The notes below the pieces were generated by a model. It searched no databases and was not told the origin of the DNA. It saw nothing but the letters and a program-made list of their open reading frames with translations. A DNA stretch of 42,687 nt from a virus, in IMG/VR virus record IMGVR_UViG_3300017424_000002, positions 1-42,687 of that record. One strand, 5' to 3'. The position numbers and the translations under genes were made by a program. Of this stretch, positions 14,135-20,930 are shown piece by piece (position 1 is the stretch's first letter; each line of letters starts with the position of its first letter).

Positions 14135-14556
14135 CCGATGTGGAGTGGCGGAACACGAAGAAGCAGCGCGAGGCGTTGCGGGCGATGTTTAACGGTCGTT
14201 GTGCTTATTGCGGCTGCGATCTGGGCAAGGCCATGCACGCGGACCATGTCGAGCCGGTCGGGCACAAGACGCGCGATCCATGGTCACAGCCGCTGCCGCC
14301 GGAGGAAAGGGGCTTCTACAAGCCCGAGCGCAACGTCGTCGGCAATATGATGCCCGCCTGCGCACCCTGTAACCTGCACAAGGGCGGCTACACCTTGGAG
14401 GGTTGGCGGACATACATCGCCCGGTCCGCCGAGATCGTCCGCAAGCAGACTTCCACCTTTCGTGCCGGCGAGCGATTCGGGGTGATCGCGGTCCGTGACG
14501 CGCCGGTCGTCTTTCATTTCGAGCGCGCCCACATCCAAGGAAATTCCCATGACTGA
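14131..14556 (+). CDS. HNH endonuclease
   Basis: 141 aa with CAYCGCDLGKAMHADHVEPV...ACAPCNLHKG. Its GC content matches the genome, unlike the HNH at 3928. Confidence 0.8.
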   Translation: MTDVEWRNTKKQREALRAMFNGRCAYCGCDLGKAMHADHVEPVGHKTRDPWSQPLPPEERGFYKPERNVVGNMMPACAPCNLHKGGYTLEGWRTYIARSAEIVRKQTSTFRAGERFGVIAVRDAPVVFHFERAHIQGNSHD

Positions 14557-14740
14557 GGCGATGGTGGACGACGCGCTGGTGGGTAGTGCCAATCTACGAA
14601 AGGAATACCACATGAAGAAGATCATCACCCTGGCACTGCTGTTAACGCCGATCACCGCCGAAGCGGCCAAGCCGAAGCTGCCGATCGGACCGATGCACTG
14701 CACCCCCCGCGGCTGCACCGAGACGATCCGGCCGTGGTGA
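14549..14740 (+). CDS. Small secreted/membrane protein (signal-peptide-like MKKIITLALLLTPITAEAA if started at 14612)
   Basis: 63 aa from the ATG at 14549 (SD AAGGA), or 42 aa from the ATG at 14612 (SD AGGA). A hydrophobic leader is followed by Cys residues. Confidence 0.5.
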   Translation: MTEAMVDDALVGSANLRKEYHMKKIITLALLLTPITAEAAKPKLPIGPMHCTPRGCTETIRPW

Positions 14741-14898
14741 CCCGCCCCCTGAATGATCCCCCACGGATGGGGGAGGGGAGCGATACGGCGCAACTGCTGT
14801 CCGAACTGGCGCGCGTGAAGGTGCTGTTTCAGCTTCGGGCGGTCGCGACGGTCATGAACCTTCCCCCTCCATCCTCCTGTGTGAGAGATAGACGATGA
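14737..14898 (+). CDS. Possible small ORF bridging an apparent gap
   Basis: 53 aa. The GTG start overlaps the upstream TGA, and the stop overlaps the downstream ATG (ATGA). It contains a 7-bp hairpin TCCCCCA/TGGGGGA at about 14755..14776. Confidence 0.3.
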   Translation: MTRPLNDPPRMGEGSDTAQLLSELARVKVLFQLRAVATVMNLPPPSSCVRDRR

Positions 14899-15122
14899 CG
14901 AAATTCTGGAAAGGCTTTGCGGCTTCATATCTGCTGTGGGCTGGCGTGGCTGGCTTCGCGATGAAGGCGACCATCCCACCACTCAATCCGCTTGGCATCG
15001 CGTACGTCGGGCTTACCAGTCCGATCATGATGGCCTGCATTGCCGTCCACAGCGATTGCGGGCCGATCCCGCCCCAGCAGTACAGCCGCTACCTGTTCAG
15101 CTTTCAGGACCAGCCCGCATGA
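14895..15122 (+). CDS. Small membrane protein
   Basis: 75 aa with two hydrophobic segments (FAASYLLWAGVAGFAM and GLTSPIMMACIAV). Confidence 0.55.
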   Translation: MTKFWKGFAASYLLWAGVAGFAMKATIPPLNPLGIAYVGLTSPIMMACIAVHSDCGPIPPQQYSRYLFSFQDQPA

Positions 15123-15352
15123 CCCAGCCCCCCGACGACGCCGCGCTGGTGGCGAGGAAGCAAGCCCCTATCGGCTTCGTGGGGCCACTCAAATCCCTCT
15201 ACTGGTTCATGGCCACGCTGACCGTCCTGTCCGCCTTTCACAAGAATTGGACTGCGATGGCGATCGTCGTGTCCGCTTTGGCGATAATCGAGGCTATGGA
15301 GAAGATTGCCCGCGCCGCCCTTGAGCCATCGGATAAGGGGATGGGGAGGTGA
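15119..15352 (+). CDS. Small membrane protein
   Basis: 77 aa from the ATG overlapping the upstream stop. Hydrophobic segments are LYWFMATLTVLSAF and MAIVVSALAII. Confidence 0.55.
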   Translation: MTQPPDDAALVARKQAPIGFVGPLKSLYWFMATLTVLSAFHKNWTAMAIVVSALAIIEAMEKIARAALEPSDKGMGR

Positions 15353-15501
15353 TTGGCTGGCTGATCGGCATTGGGGCCTATGTGTGGCTGTTAATCGTGC
15401 AGCACTGGCTTGGCTGGACCGCAGCGGCTGTCACCGCCTTTTCGATGCTGGCCGTCGTCCTGCTTGCGCTGTGGGAAGCCGGTCAGCAGGACGACGCCTG
15501 A
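15349..15501 (+). CDS. Small membrane protein
   Basis: 50 aa with a GTG start (GTGA overlap) after SD GGGGAGG. Product: VIGWLIGIGAYVWLLIVQHWLGWTAAAVTAFSMLAVVLLALWEAGQQDDA. Confidence 0.5.
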   Translation: MIGWLIGIGAYVWLLIVQHWLGWTAAAVTAFSMLAVVLLALWEAGQQDDA

Positions 15502-15540
15502 CCCCTTCGTGCTTTCGCGGATCAATGCTACCCTTGAGGG

Positions 15541-15837
15541 ATGCTCCTGACCCGCTACCAGCAAATCCCCGACAGCGGACACCCCCTGACTGAGGATTTC
15601 GCCGAGCAGCTGTACGTCAGGACACCGCCCCATCAGTGGCCCGCGGGTATGCGCCGATCCGGGGTATGGGAAACCGAGCCGGTCGAGGTGCGCGAGGCTT
15701 TCCGGGAGCGGGCAAGGCGATGGATGGCGGGGGATTTGAGTGCGGGGCCTTGGGTGCGGGGCCTTGGGTGCGGTGACGCTGCCGTAGGAGGTTCCGGTGA
15801 TCGCTTGAGGCTGGTTACGCCCGCGGCCGGCATCTAA
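15541..15837 (+). CDS. Hypothetical protein (C-terminus created by a 14-bp tandem duplication)
   Basis: 98 aa with SD GAGGG. It is the last gene of the plus arm. Confidence 0.55.
   Translation: MLLTRYQQIPDSGHPLTEDFAEQLYVRTPPHQWPAGMRRSGVWETEPVEVREAFRERARRWMAGDLSAGPWVRGLGCGDAAVGGSGDRLRLVTPAAGI
15740..15773. repeat. Tandem duplication of the 14-mer GTGCGGGGCCTTGG (about 2.4 copies)
   Basis: Units lie at 15740..15753 and 15754..15767, with a partial unit at 15768..15773. The unit length is not a multiple of 3. Confidence 0.9.
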
Positions 15838-16241
15838 TCCTCGTCACTTCCCGCCAGCATAGGCCGGCAGCGTCAATGCTGCTGACCGGTCCTTAGTCCG
15901 GTCGGGGATGGCTTCTACTCCACCCAGCGGACAAGCGCTCCCGCACGTAGTTCTTTGCGTCGCTCGCAGCCCACATTCCCTGCCACATTTCACCTTGACA
16001 GGCAAGCGGATGGTTGTGGCGGCGGGGCGAATCGGGTATGCAAGTGGGGCTGCGGCGCGCAAGCGTTCGGTAGGGAGTCCGTTTAAACCCCAGCAGGTGA
16101 TGTGGCTAAGACAGGTGCCACGCCGAAGACCTGACATTAGCAGCATCTTCACTGACCGGATAGGAGGTCAGGTAGGCGCGTGAACCGCGTGTAGCTGGGG
16201 CGCTGGCGGTCAGAATAACACGCACCGAGTTTCAGAGGCAG

Positions 16242-16266
16242 GCGGGTTCGACTCCCGCTCGTTGGC
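16242..16266 (+). other. tRNA T-arm/acceptor-like module 1
   Basis: GCGGG-TTCGACT-CCCGC followed by TCGTTGG-C. There is no CCA, and no D or anticodon arm at canonical spacing. Confidence 0.6.
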
Positions 16267-16284
16267 CGAGATCGTGGTGAAAGA

Positions 16285-16309
16285 CAGGGTTCGAATCCCT
16301 GACTGGGTG
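16285..16309 (+). other. tRNA T-arm/acceptor-like module 2
   Basis: CAGGG-TTCGAAT-CCCTG followed by ACTGGGT-G, then CAA. The best 5' partner is ACCGAGT at 16224..16230 (6/7 pairs). No cloverleaf can be completed. Confidence 0.6.
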
Positions 16310-16368
16310 CAAGCCCTTCGCTAGTGCCCTCGGGGTAGAGGGTGGCCCGCTTGACGTGTCGTAAGGCG

Positions 16369-17988
16369 TCACTTACCCACCACCCCCCGCAGCTTAGGCG
16401 TCTCCGCGATTGGCTGGCCGGCATATTCCCGCAGGCCCCATGCACCGTACTGGCTGATCGGCCCGGTTGCGGCGTAGAGCGTCAATAGGTCGGTCTTGCC
16501 CGCCATGTCCGCGATGAAGGTGCGATAGATCGGCTCCATCAGGGGCGACCGCTGCATCTGCGTGACCAGCGGCAGGCGGTCCGGCCCGACGACGTGCTGC
16601 CCCGCCTCGTAGGTGATGAACCGCTTGCCGTACTTCTTCGCGATGGCGGCGTTCTGGCTGACCGGTCCCGACACGACGCCCTTGGCATAGCCCGCCAGCG
16701 TACCCATCAGCTTGGCCACGTCCGTCTCGCTTGGGTTGGCGTCGAAGAAGCCATGACCGAAGTAGGGGGCTGTAGCCAGCGCGTCGACGCTCGCGGCCAG
16801 ACCGGGGAAAGCCAGCACGACCTCCGCGGTCCACGGATTGTCATTCTGCGTGGCGGCCACCCGCACCAGCTGGCCGGGTCGATCGGCGAACACCTCCGCC
16901 CAGATCTTCATGACCTGGCTGGTCTTCTGCGCGTAACGGTGCAGGCCCGCCTGGAACGGCGTGTCGGCCAGCCCCGCGGCAACGCCTTCGTCCCTGGACT
17001 GCTGTGCCGCACCGAACTGCCAGTTCCAGACCTCGTTCGCTACCTCGACATAGACTTGCCGTCCGGCGGGTATACCGGCCTTGACCAGCGCAGCGGCGCG
17101 GCGGTGATAATCGTCATCGGCATTCCATGGCAGCGTCAGCCATGGCGAAGCACCGACGGCATTCGCCAGTCCAATCTGATATTCCAGCGCGGTCCCATCG
17201 CTGCCGCCGGTTGCATTGACCCCGGCCGTGCCCCGCGTCGCCCAAGTGACCGACTTCGGATTGCCGTTGGCAGTCGTCCAGTCGAGGAAGCGCAGGACAC
17301 TGTATGGCTTTAGGTAGTTCAGCAACTGTGCCGCAAAGACACCCTTCTCCGCCGGCTCGCGACAGTCAATATTGCGGATCGGATCGCTGGCGTCCGTGGC
17401 GTCAAGATTAACCGTCACTGTCTGCATCGGCGTCTTGGTCTTTGGCCATTCGAAGGTGATCGTGCGGGCCGCACTGCTGACGATCCGGCCGGCACTGGCG
17501 ATCGATACCGATCCCTTGCCGGCCCAGGTGCAGCGGGTGGTCGGGCCTTCACCGCGGAAGGCAGCGGCGGGAGGCGTCAGGAAGGCGAGCAGGCCACGAC
17601 CGGTCTTAATCGTGGCGGGCACGCCGCCCCGCAGACGATCCGCCGCAACGTAGCCCCAGCCACCGTTGGGATCGCGCCATTCGAGGATCGCGGCCTGATT
17701 GGCGAACGTCTGCTCTGCCGACCAGTAGGCGATGCCGGCGACATTGATGCCAAGCTTCATGCGCGGTGCCAGCGTAGCCGCACGGTCAAGACGCGCCTGC
17801 TTGGCGCTTGCAGCCACAGCTTCAGCTTTTGCGAAACAGTCGGCGCCGGCCTTCAGCTTGTCCGCGTCACTAGTTTGCGTCTTGGGAATCGCCACCGTGC
17901 CACAGCCGGTGACGGACTGCGCCGCAGCCGGCGTCGCGATCAATGATAAAGCCGCGATCAGCAGAATGCCCATCTTGCGCATTGTCAT
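16369..17988 (-). CDS. Secreted glycoside-hydrolase-like protein (clan GH-A-type NE motif) with Sec signal peptide
   Basis: 539 aa. The N-terminus MTMRKMGILLIAALSLIATPAAAQS is a signal peptide with an AxA site. The central block YVEVANEVWNWQF resembles the acid/base NE motif of TIM-barrel glycosidases. It is the last gene of the minus arm. Confidence 0.5.
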   Translation of the reverse strand: MTMRKMGILLIAALSLIATPAAAQSVTGCGTVAIPKTQTSDADKLKAGADCFAKAEAVAASAKQARLDRAATLAPRMKLGINVAGIAYWSAEQTFANQAAILEWRDPNGGWGYVAADRLRGGVPATIKTGRGLLAFLTPPAAAFRGEGPTTRCTWAGKGSVSIASAGRIVSSAARTITFEWPKTKTPMQTVTVNLDATDASDPIRNIDCREPAEKGVFAAQLLNYLKPYSVLRFLDWTTANGNPKSVTWATRGTAGVNATGGSDGTALEYQIGLANAVGASPWLTLPWNADDDYHRRAAALVKAGIPAGRQVYVEVANEVWNWQFGAAQQSRDEGVAAGLADTPFQAGLHRYAQKTSQVMKIWAEVFADRPGQLVRVAATQNDNPWTAEVVLAFPGLAASVDALATAPYFGHGFFDANPSETDVAKLMGTLAGYAKGVVSGPVSQNAAIAKKYGKRFITYEAGQHVVGPDRLPLVTQMQRSPLMEPIYRTFIADMAGKTDLLTLYAATGPISQYGAWGLREYAGQPIAETPKLRGVVGK

Positions 17989-19409
17989 ACCTCACGAGTG
18001 AAGGCGGTGTTCCAGAACTCGACCTGCCCCTCCACCTCGACCCCGGCGGCAAAGCCATGCGACCATGTGAATGTCTTGCCAGAGAAGTCGTTCGAGAAGC
18101 CGACTGGCCGTAGACCCCGCACGACCCGAACGTCACTTACGGTCCCGGGGACAATATCGGTCAAAGAAGTTGCTGTACCTGCATTTATGCCGCCCCCGTT
18201 CAAAGTATACCCGGACATACCACGTACACCAATGCGCTCCTGCATACCGGTTAGGGCATATTGACCAATAGTTGCGGCTGCTGACGTTGAGAACGTACGG
18301 GTCACGACTACAACACCAGTTGGCCGTCCGCTGAACGTCAATCCCTGCCGTCGAAGGCCATTGGCATCAACACGGATGTACGGCGTCAACGTCAGCCCTG
18401 CGGCTGCTGTGGTGTTGTACGCCAATGCCCAATTCGCCGGGACATCAGCACTGGCGGTGCCGTTGACAGTGCCGCCGGTTCCCATGTTGAGACCAGCAAG
18501 TCCGAGGTAATTGCCCCACGGATTATTGGCGTTACTCCACGGCACGGCCGTGAGGTTTGGCATCTGATATTCGGGCACAAGCCGCCGGAGAATCGGCTCC
18601 AGCCGCGGCGCGGCCAGCCGCGAGAACATCATCGCCGGATGCTCGTTGTCGACGGCGGTCGAGCCAATGCCGCCAAGCCCATCCTGCTCTTGACTGCCTG
18701 ACCGCGCGATAACGTTGCCCGCTGCGTCGACACCCTTGCGCCACCATACCGCAGACGCGCCGAGCGCTTCCGGCGCACCGCTAACGTCCTTGACCAGCGA
18801 CAACACTTCGAACGGGATCATGCCCGGCGTTTCAGCGGCCCATCGCATCAGGCGACGGTTCAAGTAATCTAGGGCATATGGACGGCTAGCGCCGGTAATC
18901 TTGGGATCGGGCAACACGCCCATGACGATGACATTCTGTACGCCCATATCCCGAACGGCACTGGCGATGGCAGTGATGTTGCTGAATGCAGAATCAGCAA
19001 TATCTAGGCGAAGAACACCATCATTCTGACCAGCGCTGACAATCGTGATGTCGGGAACGCGATTACCCGCGGCAAGATAATCCCGCATTGCCGGGACCAT
19101 ATTGGCGAGAATGTAGTCAGACCGCCTACCAGCCGCACCGAAACCATACTGTAGGCTGTTGATCTCGATATCGGCGTTGTAGTGACCGGACACTACCTCA
19201 AAGAACGGGCTAGCGGCGCCGAGGTTGTAGCCGTCTCCCTGATTGCCGAGCAGATAACCGATGATGCTGTCCCCGATGCCCGCGACCAGCGCCCGCTTTG
19301 ACGAGCCGGCGTAAAGGTCGGATCGAGCGTCAAGCGTGATTAGCGAGTTGGTGACTTTTGGCGCGGCGGCAGAGAACTGCTCACCAATAATCGGTGCGGT
19401 AATCGACAT
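17985..19409 (-). CDS. SGNH/GDSL-family hydrolase domain protein (putative polysaccharide esterase) with C-terminal beta-rich domain
   Basis: 474 aa. Block I is VAGIGDSIIG, block III is SAGQNDG, and the block V-like motif is DNEHP. The gene has an ATGA overlap with the downstream gene. Confidence 0.6.
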   Translation of the reverse strand: MSITAPIIGEQFSAAAPKVTNSLITLDARSDLYAGSSKRALVAGIGDSIIGYLLGNQGDGYNLGAASPFFEVVSGHYNADIEINSLQYGFGAAGRRSDYILANMVPAMRDYLAAGNRVPDITIVSAGQNDGVLRLDIADSAFSNITAIASAVRDMGVQNVIVMGVLPDPKITGASRPYALDYLNRRLMRWAAETPGMIPFEVLSLVKDVSGAPEALGASAVWWRKGVDAAGNVIARSGSQEQDGLGGIGSTAVDNEHPAMMFSRLAAPRLEPILRRLVPEYQMPNLTAVPWSNANNPWGNYLGLAGLNMGTGGTVNGTASADVPANWALAYNTTAAAGLTLTPYIRVDANGLRRQGLTFSGRPTGVVVVTRTFSTSAAATIGQYALTGMQERIGVRGMSGYTLNGGGINAGTATSLTDIVPGTVSDVRVVRGLRPVGFSNDFSGKTFTWSHGFAAGVEVEGQVEFWNTAFTREV

Positions 19410-19423
19410 AGAATATACCCCTT

Positions 19424-20272
19424 TTACTGGATCGCGCCGAGACGGGCGGCATAAATGCCGTTTGCCACGACAGCTTCGGCGTTTGACTGTGCATAGGTGC
19501 TGGGCACGCGATCGGCTGCAGCTTGGCTGCCCCAGAAAGTGGCATTATCCCAAATAGAATAAGGAATGGTCGCCAGCAAACGAGAATTGGCGCCGGCTTG
19601 CGTCGTCGCACAGTAGTAGCGAATGCTGGTTGCATCGCTGACTATATAAGTGAATGGCTCGGATGCTGAAGGCGCTGCACCAGTGTATGCCACGGTTACG
19701 GTATTAGCATTAACTGCTTGAGTTTCGACAACTGGAAAATAATCCAGCGCTCCGGCATCATCCTTGAACAGAATTTGCAGGCCAGTGCGGCCATTACCGT
19801 CTGCGGTCTGACCAAGCACGACCTTCCAGCGCTGCGCCCCCGATCGCCACGTCCGACCGCACTGTTGCCGGGTAGACTGGATATTGATCGTGCCGCTATC
19901 GGCGCCGCCATCTACCGGACCGTAGACGTAGGTGACGGTCGGGCCGCCGCCACCAGACGTATCATCATCGACAATAGTGACGGTCGGAAGGCCGGAGGTG
20001 TCCAGCGAGAGGTCCGAGGGCGTGGACGACACCTTGTACCACTCATATTCGGCGTTGCCGTCAACAGTGGCATTGGGGGCGGTGTTCACCGTCACCGTTG
20101 CGGTGGTGACGCCGGCAGCGAAGTTGAGCGTTGCCTGCGGCATCACGCCACCCTGCCACCGCGCCGCTGTGCCGGGGATGGACGATCCAATCTTGGCGCG
20201 CATAGCGACGACCATTGAGGTAGCAGACGACTGCGCGGCGGAGAGGGTGAAGGTATAAGGGGCTGCGGTCAT
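19424..20272 (-). CDS. Calx-beta-like domain protein (domain begins in the upstream ORF)
   Basis: 282 aa. The N-terminus TAAPYTFTLSAAQSSATSMVV...ATLNFAAGVTTATVTVNT...GNAEYEW...TVTIVDDD follows the Calx-beta pattern. The SD is GGAAGG. Confidence 0.5.
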   Translation of the reverse strand: MTAAPYTFTLSAAQSSATSMVVAMRAKIGSSIPGTAARWQGGVMPQATLNFAAGVTTATVTVNTAPNATVDGNAEYEWYKVSSTPSDLSLDTSGLPTVTIVDDDTSGGGGPTVTYVYGPVDGGADSGTINIQSTRQQCGRTWRSGAQRWKVVLGQTADGNGRTGLQILFKDDAGALDYFPVVETQAVNANTVTVAYTGAAPSASEPFTYIVSDATSIRYYCATTQAGANSRLLATIPYSIWDNATFWGSQAAADRVPSTYAQSNAEAVVANGIYAARLGAIQ

Positions 20273-20273
20273 T

Positions 20274-20588
20274 TCAGTTGCCTTCCGTAATGGTAGCCGG
20301 ACCAGTGGCCGCGACTGACGCGGTGGATGGGTTGCCTTCAGTGATCGTGGCGGGGCCAGTCACGGATACTAGGGCAGGTTGCGGTGTCGGGTTTGTTCCG
20401 CCACCCCATGTTCCTCCGCCGCCCCAAGTACCGCTGCCGCCCCAGGTTCCGCTATCTGCGCCACCGCCATTACCGCTCCGCTGCCGCCCACCCCGACTCC
20501 CCAGCACCGCCTCCAGCGCCGTCTTGTCCTGCGGCGTGGCGGCTTGATAGCCACCCATGGCGCTGACGATATCGGTAATGTCGCTCAT
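20274..20588 (-). CDS. Gly/Trp-repeat protein ending in a duplicated TGPATITEGN motif
   Basis: 104 aa with GTWGG x3 repeats. The C-terminus is VTGPATITEGNPSTASVAATGPATITEGN followed by a stop. One nt separates this stop from the next ATG. Confidence 0.55.
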   Translation of the reverse strand: MSDITDIVSAMGGYQAATPQDKTALEAVLGSRGGRQRSGNGGGADSGTWGGSGTWGGGGTWGGGTNPTPQPALVSVTGPATITEGNPSTASVAATGPATITEGN

Positions 20589-20592
20589 GTCG

Positions 20593-20727
20593 TTACACCT
20601 TCGGCTTCTTGGCTTCCGCCTTTACCGCCTTCACAATCGGGCCGATAGCGGTAACCGCGCTGATGACCAGCGAGGGGTTGGCTTTCACGACCTTCACAGC
20701 CAGTTTCAGGATGTTACCGAATTTCAT
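20593..20727 (-). CDS. Small amphipathic/membrane protein (lysis-cassette accessory)
   Basis: 44 aa: MKFGNILKLAVKVVKANPSLVISAVTAIGPIVKAVKAEAKKPKV. It has an ATGA overlap with the holin-like gene. Confidence 0.45.
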   Translation of the reverse strand: MKFGNILKLAVKVVKANPSLVISAVTAIGPIVKAVKAEAKKPKV

Positions 20728-20930
20728 GGCTTCACTTCCTCCACGGAAACAGGATCGCCGGGCGTGCCGGCGGGTTCGGCCTTGGCGCGCTCGCGCGGCC
20801 GGAAGGTGCCCAGCACGCCGATAAGGCCGGTCATGATGGCGAGGTCGCTGCCGGTGCCACCGATCAAGGCCAGCGCGACGATCGCGGACACCACCGACAG
20901 GAAAGCGATTAGGTTGTGGGTGTCGTTCAC
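20724..20930 (-). CDS. Holin-like protein (two TM segments)
   Basis: 68 aa. TM segments are LIAFLSVVSAIVALALIGG and LAIMTGLIGVLG, with a charged C-terminal tail. It lies directly downstream of the endolysin. Confidence 0.5.
   Translation of the reverse strand: MNDTHNLIAFLSVVSAIVALALIGGTGSDLAIMTGLIGVLGTFRPRERAKAEPAGTPGDPVSVEEVKP

Larger units (their letters stand above)
15838..16368 (+). ncRNA. ORF-free, helix-rich convergence region; candidate structured RNA of unknown class
   Basis: 531 bp between the two arm ends. ORFs here lack the genome's third-position GC bias. There are multiple perfect short helices and two T-arm-like modules on the + strand. The class was not identified by eye. Confidence 0.3.

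Noticed and set aside
16060-16140. Resemblance of GGGAGTCCG...CAGGTGCCACGCCGAAGACCTG to RNase P conserved regions and to the cobalamin-riboswitch B12 box (GAAGACCTG).
   Set aside because: Only short word matches are present. The other conserved blocks of either RNA are missing, and there is no downstream gene for a riboswitch to control.
16046-16312. tmRNA hypothesis. GGGGCTG at 16046 resembles a tmRNA 5' end, and the first T arm (GCGGGTTCGACTCCCGC) resembles the E. coli ssrA T arm.
   Set aside because: Neither T arm is followed by a complementary CAGC(U/C)CC-A-CCA 3' strand. I found no tag-like reading frame ending in Ala-Ala-stop, and the order of elements fits neither one-piece nor permuted two-piece tmRNA genes. 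An Infernal run is still needed to exclude it.
15838-16368. Interpretation of the two T-arm/acceptor modules as a functional attP core for integration into a tRNA gene.
   Set aside because: No tyrosine or serine recombinase, excisionase or repressor module was recognised anywhere in the 42.6 kb. A relic of a past association with a tRNA locus remains possible.
16349-16378. Fourth CTTGACG motif (gcTTGACGtgtcgtaaggcgtcacTTACCC) on the + strand.
   Set aside because: There is no acceptable -10 element at 16-18 nt, and it would fire antisense into the 3' end of the glycosidase-like gene. It is probably a chance occurrence or part of the structured region.
15844-16445. Three ORFs of 91-102 aa in the track inside the convergence region (15908..16183 +, 15844..16152 -, 16149..16445 -).
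   Set aside because: Third-position GC is only moderate, compared with very high values in real genes here. Rare codons (CTA, AGA, ATA, AGT, GGA) are frequent, the translations are Arg/Pro/Ser-rich, and no convincing SD is present. The region is treated as non-coding.
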